Counted from the first letter of the stretch, positions 19,606-29,168 are shown. The stretch is 64,000 nt of DNA from Actinomycetes bacterium (GCA_021846515.1 JAJZWU010000009.1:1587-65586), one strand, 5' to 3'. The notes: generated by a model not told the origin, from the sequence alone. Translations and numbers: made by a program.

Positions 19606-20778
19606 ATGACCTGGGTAGACCTTGTAATCTTGGTACTTGTCGGACTGGCTGCAGTAAGGGGACTGCGCCTCGGCGCCGTCCAGCAGATACTCTCCTTCGG
19701 TGGATTCTGGCTCGGCCTATTTTTGGGTGCATTGGTTGCTCCTTTTTTTGCACATTCAGTGTCCTCCCCAGCTGCTAAAGCAATAATAGTTATTGTTACG
19801 GTACTCGGCGCAGCAACTATAGTGGGCGCCCTGGGGCGTATCGCCGGGTCATTTTTTTCTACGGCATTACGACGCGTGCATCTGGGAGGTGTAGACACTG
19901 TGCTGGGAGTAGGGGTTGCCGTGGTGGCTACCCTTCTGGCATGTTGGCTGGTAGCCAGCTTTCTGGTCAACTCAAGATGGTCGGCGCTTGACAGCGCTAT
20001 AGGTGGTTCGCGAATCGTACAGGCCATGGACAAGGTGCTTCCCGCTCCGCCGGAACTGTTTTCAAAGGTTGAAAGCTACATGACCCAGGTTGGTTTTCCG
20101 GTTGCATTTGCTGGCATACCACCACAGGTAACGGGAAAGGTGACACTCCCCAACAATGCTCAGACCCGTTCAGCTGTCTTGGCCGACAGTGCATCGACTG
20201 TAGAGATTGAGGGTCGCGCGTGCGGACTTATCCTTGAAGGAAGTGGATTCGTGGTGGCTCCCGGATACGTAGTGACAAACGCGCACGTCATTGCAGGAGA
20301 GAGACACACCTACGTACTTGAAGATGGCGGCCAATACCCGGCTACGCCGGTACTGTACGATCCCAAGCTCGACATATCGCTACTAAGGGCACCTACCTTC
20401 TCCAAACCTCCTCTCAAGCTGGATTCACACCTGGTAACCGATGGAACAGCAAGTATCGTAATGGGCTATCCCGAAGACGGACCATTTACTTACGGAACAG
20501 CCGGGGTAATGGCTCTTTACGATGCGAGAGGTCTGGACATCTACGGCAATACATACGTTACAAGGCAGATCTACGGACTTAAAGCCATAGTAAGACCCGG
20601 AAACTCGGGCGGTCCGCTCGCTGAGCCCAATGGAACGGTTATTGGGGTAGTGTTCGCCCGCTCGACTACAAACTCTCAGGTCGGTTACGCTATAGCGTCA
20701 CCTGCCGTGCTGTCGACTATCTCTCCCGCTCTGCACGACACAGCAAGAGTGTCTACCATGGGATGTACAAACGCATAA
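19606..20778 (+). CDS. CvpA-family membrane domain fused to an S1C trypsin-like serine protease (MarP-like)
   Basis: Four N-terminal TM helices of CvpA type. The C-terminal protease has His (VTNAHV), Asp (DISLL) and Ser (GNSGGP) motifs. This matches the architecture of mycobacterial MarP. Confidence 0.85.
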   Translation: MTWVDLVILVLVGLAAVRGLRLGAVQQILSFGGFWLGLFLGALVAPFFAHSVSSPAAKAIIVIVTVLGAATIVGALGRIAGSFFSTALRRVHLGGVDTVLGVGVAVVATLLACWLVASFLVNSRWSALDSAIGGSRIVQAMDKVLPAPPELFSKVESYMTQVGFPVAFAGIPPQVTGKVTLPNNAQTRSAVLADSASTVEIEGRACGLILEGSGFVVAPGYVVTNAHVIAGERHTYVLEDGGQYPATPVLYDPKLDISLLRAPTFSKPPLKLDSHLVTDGTASIVMGYPEDGPFTYGTAGVMALYDARGLDIYGNTYVTRQIYGLKAIVRPGNSGGPLAEPNGTVIGVVFARSTTNSQVGYAIASPAVLSTISPALHDTARVSTMGCTNA

Positions 20779-20861
20779 TCAGCAAACCAGATATAAATTT
20801 GATGTCAGGCAAATAAGGTCATACAAACGAATAAAGCCCACAAAAATATGAGAGGAGACAA

Positions 20862-22751
20862 ATGACACTTCCAATTGAAGATTACGGAATTATAGGAGAT
20901 ACCCATACAGCGGCACTCGTGGGCAAAAATGGATCAATAGATTGGCTCTGCCTACCGAGATTTGACTCAGAAGCGTGTTTCGCGGCACTACTTGGAGACG
21001 AATCTAACGGCTGCTGGAAGATAGCTCCGGCAGGTGGAGGGATGGCAACCAGGCGCCATTATATGGGAAACAGCCTGGTACTAATAAGCGAGTTTGACAC
21101 CGAGCAAGGTACTGTAAGGATCATTGATGCCATGCCCATACGCGAAAATCACCCCTGGGTGGTCAGGGTCGTAGAGGGCATATCGGGGAGGGTAGACATG
21201 AGCATGTGCCTTACCATCAGATTTGGATATGGTAACACTATACCCTGGGTACATCGTTCAGATGGGTTACTCGTAGCAGTAGCGGGTCCCGATGCGCTGG
21301 CTCTGTGGACACCCGTAGAGACCAAGGGTGTTGATTACTCCACAGTGGCAGAGTTCAGTGTATCTGAGGGTCAACGCATCCCCTTCACTCTTTCATGGAG
21401 CCAATCACACGACAACCCCCCAAGACCCATAGATGCCTGGTATTCCATAGAGGATACCCGCTCATGCTGGGAGGAGTGGAGCTCCCACTGCAGCTTTGAC
21501 GGAGAATGGGAGGATGCTGTAACGCGCTCCCTTATCACGTTGAAGGCACTGACCTATGAGCCGACCGGAGGCATAGTTGCAGCTGCAACAGCCGGGCTTC
21601 CCGAGACCCTGGGAGGAGAACGCAACTGGGACTACAGGTACTGCTGGCTCAGGGATGCCACCCTTACGCTGGGTGCACTAATGAGAAGCGGGTACCATGA
21701 AGAGGCTCTTGCCTGGAGGGATTGGTTACTGAGAGCAATTGCAGGTAGCCCGTCTGATTTGCAGATTATGTACGGGCCAGGAGGAGAGAGAAGACTATCT
21801 GAGTGGAATGCTGACTGGCTCTCCGGTTACGAGGGATCTAAACCGGTGCGTATAGGCAATGCCGCATCAGAGCAGTATCAGCTTGATGTCTATGGGGAGG
21901 TACTCTCTACAATGTATGAAGCCGCCAAGGTAGGAGACCATCCAACGCGGGCCACCTGGGGACTCACGGAATCTCTAATGGATTTCTTGGAAACCTCCTG
22001 GACAAAAGCTGATGACGGCATATGGGAGGTAAGAGGACCCCAGCGACATTTCACCCACTCAAAGGTAATGGCTTGGGCCGGAATAGACAAAGTAATAAAG
22101 ATGGCAGAAGCCTTTCCGCCTGCTACGATTGGAATGAGCGATGATCTTCCTCTGGATAGGTGGCGCAAGATGCGAAGCGCCATCCACGCAGAGGTGCTGG
22201 AAAAGGGATACAACCCGGAAGTGGGTGCATTTACACAATACTACGGGTCGACCGGCCTTGATGCGAGTGTGCTCATGATTCCGCTGGTAGGTTTCCTCCC
22301 CGCCACCGATAAGCGTATGGTTTCCACCATAAATGCGATAGAACACGATCTTAATGAGGATGGCTTCATTCTTCGATACATGACCGCCGACTCAGCCGAA
22401 GTAGACGGGCTTCACGGAAAGGAGGGGGCATTCCTGGCGTGTTCGTTTTGGATGGCCGATTGCCTTGCCCTTATTGGACGTCAGGCTGACGCAAGAGCTC
22501 TGTTTGAACGCTTACTTGGGATCAGAAATGACCTTGGGTTGCTCTCTGAAGAATACGATATTGATGCCAAACGGCTGGTTGGTAACTTCCCTCAAGCATT
22601 CTCACATGTATCGTTGGTAAATGCAGCATACAACCTCACCGGCCACCCAACCGCACATGAGCTGCCCGGTAGTAAGCAAATTCTGCACAAGGTCAGACAG
22701 GGATCGCGACGGAAGAAATCATCGCTTCATCGCCGCCATAGCATCTCCTAA
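20862..22751 (+). CDS. Glycoside hydrolase family 15 (glucoamylase/trehalase-like)
   Basis: N-terminus IEDYGIIGDTHTAALVGKNGSIDWLCLPRFDS, and catalytic-domain motifs ERNWDYRYCWLRDA and FPQAFSHVSL. Confidence 0.88.
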   Translation: MTLPIEDYGIIGDTHTAALVGKNGSIDWLCLPRFDSEACFAALLGDESNGCWKIAPAGGGMATRRHYMGNSLVLISEFDTEQGTVRIIDAMPIRENHPWVVRVVEGISGRVDMSMCLTIRFGYGNTIPWVHRSDGLLVAVAGPDALALWTPVETKGVDYSTVAEFSVSEGQRIPFTLSWSQSHDNPPRPIDAWYSIEDTRSCWEEWSSHCSFDGEWEDAVTRSLITLKALTYEPTGGIVAAATAGLPETLGGERNWDYRYCWLRDATLTLGALMRSGYHEEALAWRDWLLRAIAGSPSDLQIMYGPGGERRLSEWNADWLSGYEGSKPVRIGNAASEQYQLDVYGEVLSTMYEAAKVGDHPTRATWGLTESLMDFLETSWTKADDGIWEVRGPQRHFTHSKVMAWAGIDKVIKMAEAFPPATIGMSDDLPLDRWRKMRSAIHAEVLEKGYNPEVGAFTQYYGSTGLDASVLMIPLVGFLPATDKRMVSTINAIEHDLNEDGFILRYMTADSAEVDGLHGKEGAFLACSFWMADCLALIGRQADARALFERLLGIRNDLGLLSEEYDIDAKRLVGNFPQAFSHVSLVNAAYNLTGHPTAHELPGSKQILHKVRQGSRRKKSSLHRRHSIS

Positions 22752-22888
22752 AAGACACATGTCCAATGTCCGTGCTAAATGGCCGGATAGCAGAGCTTGA
22801 TATACGCACTGCACCCTCAAGGTGGTAACGGCTCATTATCACCGATAGCAAGCTAGATGTTTTCCAACCGGGGGTTGCTCTATACAGG

Positions 22889-25159
22889 TCACCGAGGAGT
22901 CAGTGCAGCATCTCGCACTGTAGCAGCAAAATCTATAGCCCTCGACTCCAGGTTGGAATGAGGGAACTGAGCCTTTGCAATGACTTTGGCACCTTTCTGC
23001 TCGAATGCCTTTGCCAACTCGTCAACCACATTCCTGGGAGAAATACCATAGGTGCAAAATACCGCTACACGTTTACCGCCAAGCCTGGGCAACCCCTCCA
23101 TCCATGCTCTGGTAGTCTTGGCCGGCTTTATTCCGACAAACACAAACCCCTCCACCCAGGTACCAAGTACGATTAGATCTGCCCATGCAATCTCTGCAAG
23201 CCCGACCCTTGAGATAGGTAGGAACTTGACTGACGCTCCCCTGCCCTTTAGGGAGCCCGCAATAACAGAACCTGCCTTTTCGGTGTGACCGGTAAGAGAG
23301 TCATATACGACCAGTACACGCTTGGCGCTTCGCTCTTGGGGCATTACAGGCGCTCCTGTGCCGCCCTCCAAGCCACCTACCTCTGTGTCACCCAACCCCA
23401 CAGAGGATTTATTCGATTCTGTCTTCAATGGTCGAGACGGCTTAGATCTTAAAATTGCCTCAGCTGCACGCTTGCCCTGTGACATGGCTTCTACCACTGT
23501 GGACGGCCCTATCAGCGCATCGCCTGCCACCCAGATCCTATCACGCACTGCAAGCGAGGCCGACACTAAACCAACTTCCCTGTTTATAGAAAGGGTACCT
23601 ACTGGATTGGAGTTACAAAAAGCCGATGCATCGTTGTGAAGAATTCCACTTGCAACCCACCGCCTGTCAGGCATGCCCTTTGCAGCCTTGCGTACAGGGG
23701 TGCCGGGCAGGAACTTGGTAAGCTCCTGATCTAGCCTGTAACCCATTGCCATTACTACCAGATCAACCTCTACCGTACGCTTCTTATCTTTCAGCACCTT
23801 TGGAAGCTTGGTTCTGTCCTTCTGAATGGTGGAAGCCAATACTGCCCTCTTCACCCTGCCTCCCTCTCCCTGGAGTTCTACCAGCGTGCTGGAGAAGTTT
23901 GCCACTACACCCTCAGATTCAGCCTCGGCCAGCTCATCGGGTCTCACCAGCGCAAACTTCCTGTCCAGCCAATCGACACAGGTAGCATTCGCTGCTCCCA
24001 AACGCATGGCGGAACGGGCTACATCCATAGCAGTATTGCCTGCACCAAGTACGAGTACTCTAGGCCCCTTGGAAGACTTCCCCGCAACTCCTGCCAGTCC
24101 GACTTCCTCTATACCCTCTCTTGCAGCCAGGGCATCTTTGGCGCGCTTCAAAAACCAGGTTGCATCCACTATCCCGTCAAGGTCGGCTCCGGGAACCGGA
24201 AGCCTAATAGGAATGCTTGCGCCATGACACATTATTACGGCATCCATCTCCTTGAGCAACCTATCCATATCGCCATCCTTCACCTCCACGCCCAACCTGG
24301 CCTCCACCCCGGCGGCCCTGAGAGTCTCTACAGGCCTCATAGCCACTTCGTCGGGCAGAGTGAAGTCGGGTATTCCCCATCTGGGCAATCCGCCGGCAAT
24401 ATCATCCTTTTCATAAAGAGTCACCGAGGCTCCTGCCTGCACCAGAGTAGACGCTGCTGCAATTCCGGCCGGTCCCGCACCGACAACCGCGACAGACAAG
24501 CCCTCACCATCGTTCGATACGCGCTGCAGGGGAGGTACGGGCTCATTGTCGGTAATAAACCTCTCTATGAGACCTACAGCCACCGGCCTCTCTCCCGCAA
24601 GTGACCATGTACAGGATCCTTCACACTGAGCTGCCTGGTCGCAGACCCGTGAACATATATCGGGCAAAAAGGAGGTGTTGCGCAATATTGAGTGTGCACC
24701 GGGGAGGTCACTGTCACGAACAGCTCGCATAAACCCCGGAATATCGTTGTGCGCAGGACAACCCCTCATGCAGGTAGGATCGGGGCAGTCCAGACAGCGT
24801 TCCGCCTCTTTACGGGCAGCTTCAAACGACTCTATTCCCTTACGTATCTCCTCGTTGTTGCCGAGCACTGAATCGAGGTGCAGCTCCTTACGCTCCACTC
24901 TCTCACCTGCCAGCACCGGGCCGTCGATCACTATAGCGGAAAACGGGCAGGTGCGCTCACACTGCCTGCAACCCACGCAGAGACTGTCGTCACCCTTGGC
25001 GATCCAAAGGTCAGTATTCATGGTAAGGGCACCCTGGGGGCACCTGATTACGCATTCCTGGCATCCGGCACAGCGCTCTACTAATACGTGTATAGATGGC
25101 GTTGCCACTTCAGAGCCGCCAACCACCTTGTATGCCTGCCTCTCTTCTGTTACGGTCAT
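22889..25159 (-). CDS. Triple-fusion oxidoreductase: 2x[4Fe-4S] ferredoxin + glutamate-synthase-small-subunit-like (GltD/NfnB/SudA-like) flavoenzyme + flavodoxin-like domain
   Basis: Ferredoxin motifs CAGCQECVIRCP and CVGCRQCERTCP. GltD-like part: RCLDCPDPTCMRGCPAHNDIP, CSRVCDQAAQCEGSC, VAVVGAGPAGIAAA and VLVLGAGNTAMD. C-terminal flavodoxin motif KRVLVVYDSLTGHTEK. Confidence 0.8.
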   Translation of the reverse strand: MTVTEERQAYKVVGGSEVATPSIHVLVERCAGCQECVIRCPQGALTMNTDLWIAKGDDSLCVGCRQCERTCPFSAIVIDGPVLAGERVERKELHLDSVLGNNEEIRKGIESFEAARKEAERCLDCPDPTCMRGCPAHNDIPGFMRAVRDSDLPGAHSILRNTSFLPDICSRVCDQAAQCEGSCTWSLAGERPVAVGLIERFITDNEPVPPLQRVSNDGEGLSVAVVGAGPAGIAAASTLVQAGASVTLYEKDDIAGGLPRWGIPDFTLPDEVAMRPVETLRAAGVEARLGVEVKDGDMDRLLKEMDAVIMCHGASIPIRLPVPGADLDGIVDATWFLKRAKDALAAREGIEEVGLAGVAGKSSKGPRVLVLGAGNTAMDVARSAMRLGAANATCVDWLDRKFALVRPDELAEAESEGVVANFSSTLVELQGEGGRVKRAVLASTIQKDRTKLPKVLKDKKRTVEVDLVVMAMGYRLDQELTKFLPGTPVRKAAKGMPDRRWVASGILHNDASAFCNSNPVGTLSINREVGLVSASLAVRDRIWVAGDALIGPSTVVEAMSQGKRAAEAILRSKPSRPLKTESNKSSVGLGDTEVGGLEGGTGAPVMPQERSAKRVLVVYDSLTGHTEKAGSVIAGSLKGRGASVKFLPISRVGLAEIAWADLIVLGTWVEGFVFVGIKPAKTTRAWMEGLPRLGGKRVAVFCTYGISPRNVVDELAKAFEQKGAKVIAKAQFPHSNLESRAIDFAATVRDAALTPR

Positions 25160-25190
25160 ATCTCAAAATCTCCTTTCTTTTTCCGTTCCG

Positions 25191-27113
25191 TCACGACGCA
25201 GCATGCATCGGGATATAAAGAAGTAACATACTCATACCAATGGCCAGGACCATAAATATCGACATCATTTTGGCTACTGCCGGGCGATCGGTCAACATCG
25301 CAAGATCCCGCTTAAAGATCCTCTTCATGACCCACAACGATAGAGCCAGGCCTATAGCCATCACTCCAAGCTGAATGCCGACTATCTGCCACCCAATATA
25401 TGAAGGCAGGTTGTCAAAGCTCTTCACATGCTGGGCAAATATAGTCATATTATACCAACCGGTATGCACTCCAAGCTCGCCCAGCACCGAACTCACCACC
25501 CTGGGGGTATGCTTGATAAACCTGGGCAACTGCCTGGCAAGATAATCTGCGGCAGTAACAGGTATAAGAGCATAGGCAAACGGTACGTACCACTGCTTCC
25601 ACGAGGAGGCAATCTTTTTCTTGGCAGCCTGTGGATGCAACCCCGTGTTGGCGCCTGGGCTTCCTGTCCTGTCGCCAGCCTGCCCCAGGTCGGCCAGACC
25701 ATCACCTCCCAGGCTGTCACCACTTGGGCATTCGCGTACCAGCGTACCGATTCCTCCTCCCGTCATGCCCGAGATAGATTCTGAACCTGCTCCGGCACCG
25801 GCGTAGGCTAATGCAGCCGATGAGGTGTTTATCAGGAGTCCTTCACTCACCTCGCCGTATGCCGTAGTGTGTCCGTTAAGATTATGTGCTTCGGATCCGC
25901 TGTAAGCTGCATTCACACGCTGCCTGCGCGCTGCCAGCGCCCGTATGGCCAGCCCCGCACCGACTACCACCAGTGCAAAGACTGCTATAAGCCCTAAGTA
26001 GTCTATAGGATTAGGGTAGGGGATGCCGGTATACTTGGTAAGCCAGGCATCTGCGGTGGCATATATATTGAGAGCATTTACCTGCTGAAAGACGACCAGG
26101 CCGATCAGTAGTGCTATGCCCAAAGCAATGTCTACCCGGCGCTTGGATGGAGCAACCACCGATGTCAGTGGCTTTTGGATAAACAGGCCGACGTTGTCGT
26201 AAGGACAGGCCTTGTAACATTCGCTGCACAGACCGCATAGCAGGTTCGAATCGGCACTTCCGGGCCACGTATACCACGGGCAACCAAATCCCTTCTCGTT
26301 GCCCCTCATGCAGTCCTTTGTCGGACACGATATGCACTTCTCTCGATCTCTGGTGCGAAATCCTGCCACAGACCCCATAGCCCCGACAGTTCCTATAAGG
26401 GAAGAAAGTGGACAGATGTAACGGCAGAATGTCCTGCGCTCAAAGAGGAGAAATACCATGAGGGCAGAGCCGACAATACCCATTACCATGAAGCTGGTGT
26501 CATACGCGGGACCTGGAGCAGCTATATTGAAGAACTCCTCTATCCAGGTAAGGACTATGAATGTGGCTACGGATATGAGTAGCCCGTATCCCGCCCACTT
26601 CTCAGGAAGCTTCCAACCCAGACCCAATGCCTTCTGGGTACGCTTGAAGAATGCCTTGCGCTGTATCCACTCGCCAAAGCCGCCAAAGGGACACATCGAG
26701 CACCAGGCTCTTCCCACGACAACCATCATCACAAATACCAGGCAGAACCAGACGTACCAGGTAATGGCGGCTCCGAAACTACGCCCTGGGAGCAGACTGG
26801 GGAAAACCAGGCCCAAAACGATCACCGCCCAGAAAATTACCTGATTGGGCAGTATGAGGAAGAATTGAAACTTTCTCGACTGCATCGCCCTAGCCAGTAG
26901 CTTGCCTACAATAGGAATGCGCGTAACGTCTATGGGGGGGTCAGTCTCTGCAAACCTTTTTCTTGCAGCTCTTCTCTCCGGAGGACGCAAACGCACCCTT
27001 ATCGGAGCCGGACCTGGAGATGGTTGTACCGTAGAATTCTCCTCCGGTGACCAATTCTCTATGGATACAGTATCCTCTGCTCTTCTTGTCTGTGTTTCCT
27101 CTGTTACAGTCAC
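25191..27113 (-). CDS. Polytopic membrane Fe-S protein (NapH/NosR/RdhC-like polyferredoxin)
   Basis: Multiple TM helices. Motifs WCSMCPFGG and FCRYICPLSS, then CISCPTKDC...GCPWY and CGLCSECYKACP. It also has a long Gly/Ser/Ala-rich loop and extra C-terminal TM helices. GTG start. Confidence 0.75.
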   Translation of the reverse strand: MTVTEETQTRRAEDTVSIENWSPEENSTVQPSPGPAPIRVRLRPPERRAARKRFAETDPPIDVTRIPIVGKLLARAMQSRKFQFFLILPNQVIFWAVIVLGLVFPSLLPGRSFGAAITWYVWFCLVFVMMVVVGRAWCSMCPFGGFGEWIQRKAFFKRTQKALGLGWKLPEKWAGYGLLISVATFIVLTWIEEFFNIAAPGPAYDTSFMVMGIVGSALMVFLLFERRTFCRYICPLSSLIGTVGAMGSVAGFRTRDREKCISCPTKDCMRGNEKGFGCPWYTWPGSADSNLLCGLCSECYKACPYDNVGLFIQKPLTSVVAPSKRRVDIALGIALLIGLVVFQQVNALNIYATADAWLTKYTGIPYPNPIDYLGLIAVFALVVVGAGLAIRALAARRQRVNAAYSGSEAHNLNGHTTAYGEVSEGLLINTSSAALAYAGAGAGSESISGMTGGGIGTLVRECPSGDSLGGDGLADLGQAGDRTGSPGANTGLHPQAAKKKIASSWKQWYVPFAYALIPVTAADYLARQLPRFIKHTPRVVSSVLGELGVHTGWYNMTIFAQHVKSFDNLPSYIGWQIVGIQLGVMAIGLALSLWVMKRIFKRDLAMLTDRPAVAKMMSIFMVLAIGMSMLLLYIPMHAAS

Positions 27114-27249
27114 TCTCGACTCCTTTCAAGCCAATTCCCAGTGCAGCACCAAACTTATTTACTTAAAGGGGTGCCCAACCGAGTCCGTTCCCTATACTTA
27201 TATATTGTTATTGTGCGCCTACGTGAAGTCGATATACAGGGTATTAGCT

Positions 27250-27278
27250 CCCTTACGTAGTGACTAATTACGTAGGGG
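27250..27278. promoter_or_regulatory. Imperfect 10-bp inverted repeat immediately 3' of HK1 and upstream of the Fe-S module
   Basis: CCCTTACGTA-gtgactaat-TACGTAGGGG. It is part of a cluster of TACGTA hexamers. Confidence 0.35.
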
Positions 27279-27279
27279 A

Positions 27280-28410
27280 CTACCGCAATACGTACGGTAC
27301 GTATACACGTACGGTACATCCACGACCTGGAGAGGAATGTACGTATAGGTTTCCGCCTATGAGCTGGGCACGCTCGTGCATACCGAGCATACCAAAATGC
27401 TCGCCGTGATACACTCCTACGACCCCCTGGTGATTGCTACCGCCAATCAGAAAGTCGTCCGATACAGGGAATCCAATCCCGTCATCCGCCACCTCCAGCT
27501 CTACGCCGGATCCACCAAATCGAAGCCTGACATAGCCATGACGGGCACGGGAGTGCCGCTGTACATTTGACAACGCCTCCTGAGCGATACGGTATAGAGC
27601 CAACTCGATGTCGTCGGGAAGATGTAATGGCTCGCTACCCACCTCTTCAAACTCTACGTCAAGGATTTCGTTGGACACATCTTCTGCCAATCTCGACAAC
27701 GCCACCTCCAAGCCCAAATCCTGCAATGCCGGAGGGCGAAGTCCCTTGACCACCTCACGCAGTCTCCTTACCGACTCATCCACGAGTTGGCGCGATTGAA
27801 TAAATGCCTCTTTTGCGTCCAAGGGGATCTCAGATGACTTGGCAACTGAAGATATTTTTCTACCCAGCTGTATCAAGGTCTGCAATGTCTCATCATGTAA
27901 CTCTCTGGCTATACGGCTACGCTCCTCTTCAAGGCTGGAGAGTACAGTTTGGGCATATGCCTCGACTTTTTCCCTGGCAGCGCTGTAGGCATCGTTCAGG
28001 TCGTGTTCACGTTGCATCCTCCAGCCAGCAAACATTCCTACCGCAACAACCACACCTATCATGACTATATCGCCCGACATATCAAGAAATTCGCCGTGAC
28101 TATAGTCTGTTACGAAATCGGGCAGCCATAGGATGGTCACCCAAGCAGTAAGCAGAGTCGAACCAACGAATCCAAATCTTAATGCTCCATACAGTATCGG
28201 CAGTATAAGTAAGGCAGGTATCACGCTATCGGGAAAGATATGAAACGAGTGACTGTCGAGAAACATTTGAGCACCCACTACCGCTGCACATACCCCAGTT
28301 ACCAGCCAAAACCTCCAATTCCTGAGTGGAGCAAGCGCCATACCCCTAGATATGAGCATCTCCCGCCTCCTCCGTCTATCTATAGCTCTTACCCCCACCT
28401 GCCTTATCAT
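27280..28410 (-). CDS. Sensor histidine kinase, HisKA_3/NarX-DesK type, membrane-embedded sensor (HK1)
   Basis: N-terminal TM bundle, H-box RIARELHDETLQ, HATPase_c N-box (AQEALSNVQRHS) and G-box (DDGIGF). Confidence 0.88.
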   Translation of the reverse strand: MIRQVGVRAIDRRRRREMLISRGMALAPLRNWRFWLVTGVCAAVVGAQMFLDSHSFHIFPDSVIPALLILPILYGALRFGFVGSTLLTAWVTILWLPDFVTDYSHGEFLDMSGDIVMIGVVVAVGMFAGWRMQREHDLNDAYSAAREKVEAYAQTVLSSLEEERSRIARELHDETLQTLIQLGRKISSVAKSSEIPLDAKEAFIQSRQLVDESVRRLREVVKGLRPPALQDLGLEVALSRLAEDVSNEILDVEFEEVGSEPLHLPDDIELALYRIAQEALSNVQRHSRARHGYVRLRFGGSGVELEVADDGIGFPVSDDFLIGGSNHQGVVGVYHGEHFGMLGMHERAQLIGGNLYVHSSPGRGCTVRVYVPYVLR

Positions 28411-29168
28411 TCACCCGAGGGCGATGTACCAGTGGGCGTAGACGAGAATGTTGTGACAGGAACGCTGGATGCATCAGGGCTGGAGGCATTCTGGGGCGGA
28501 TTTGATGAGCCAACCAATCCCCTCTCCATTGCAAGCACAGATAATTTGGTTCTTGAGTTAACTCCGAGTTTGTCAAATATATGGCGTATATGGGTTTCCA
28601 CAGTACGCCTCGATATTTCCAATCTGTCAGCTATCTCCTTATTCGGCAGCCCCTCCACTACCATTTTTACCACCTCCATCTCGCGATCAGACAGGGTGGA
28701 TGGCTGCCCGCTCGGCTCCGGGGGAAGCTCGTCTGTGCCCTCCCTGAGTCCCATTGCAAGCGATCTATCTACCACTACCGCCCCCGACCTCAAGGCATAT
28801 ACTGCATTTATAATCTCTTCATCCGGAGCGCTTTTCAGCAAATAGCCAGAGACTCCCGCAGAAAGAGCTGACCTGAGATAATCGCTATCTCCATACGCAG
28901 ACAGGATAAGCAATCTCATCCGTGGAAACTCTTTTGACAGCCTCCTCGAAAACTCTATGCCGTTCTCACCCGGCAAACGGACATCGAGCACCATAATGTC
29001 GGGCTGGCTGTCTGTCAGCAGTTCGTAGGCATCCTTCGTATTGCTGGCCTCTCCTATCACCACGACATCGCCGCTCTCCTCAAGAATCTCCCTTGTACCT
29101 TGACGGACTACCGGATGATCGTCCACCAAAATTACGCTAAGAGGATGATGTTCCACAAGCATATCCAC
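28407..29168 (-). CDS. NarL/LuxR-family response regulator (RR1)
   Basis: Receiver domain (ILVDDHPVVR...MVLDVRLPGENG...GYLLKS) and LuxR HTH (LSDREMEVVKMVVEGLPNKEIADRLEISRRTVETH). There is a Ser/Pro/Thr-rich C-terminal tail. It overlaps HK1 by 4 nt. Confidence 0.9.
   Translation of the reverse strand: MDMLVEHHPLSVILVDDHPVVRQGTREILEESGDVVVIGEASNTKDAYELLTDSQPDIMVLDVRLPGENGIEFSRRLSKEFPRMRLLILSAYGDSDYLRSALSAGVSGYLLKSAPDEEIINAVYALRSGAVVVDRSLAMGLREGTDELPPEPSGQPSTLSDREMEVVKMVVEGLPNKEIADRLEISRRTVETHIRHIFDKLGVNSRTKLSVLAMERGLVGSSNPPQNASSPDASSVPVTTFSSTPTGTSPSGE

Noticed and set aside
19343-20033. Minus-strand ORFs 19343..19753 and 19596..20033, overlapping the intergenic island and the MarP-like gene.
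   Set aside because: The translations are Arg/Pro/Ala-rich antisense sequences with no domain features. The plus-strand CvpA-protease reading is unambiguous.
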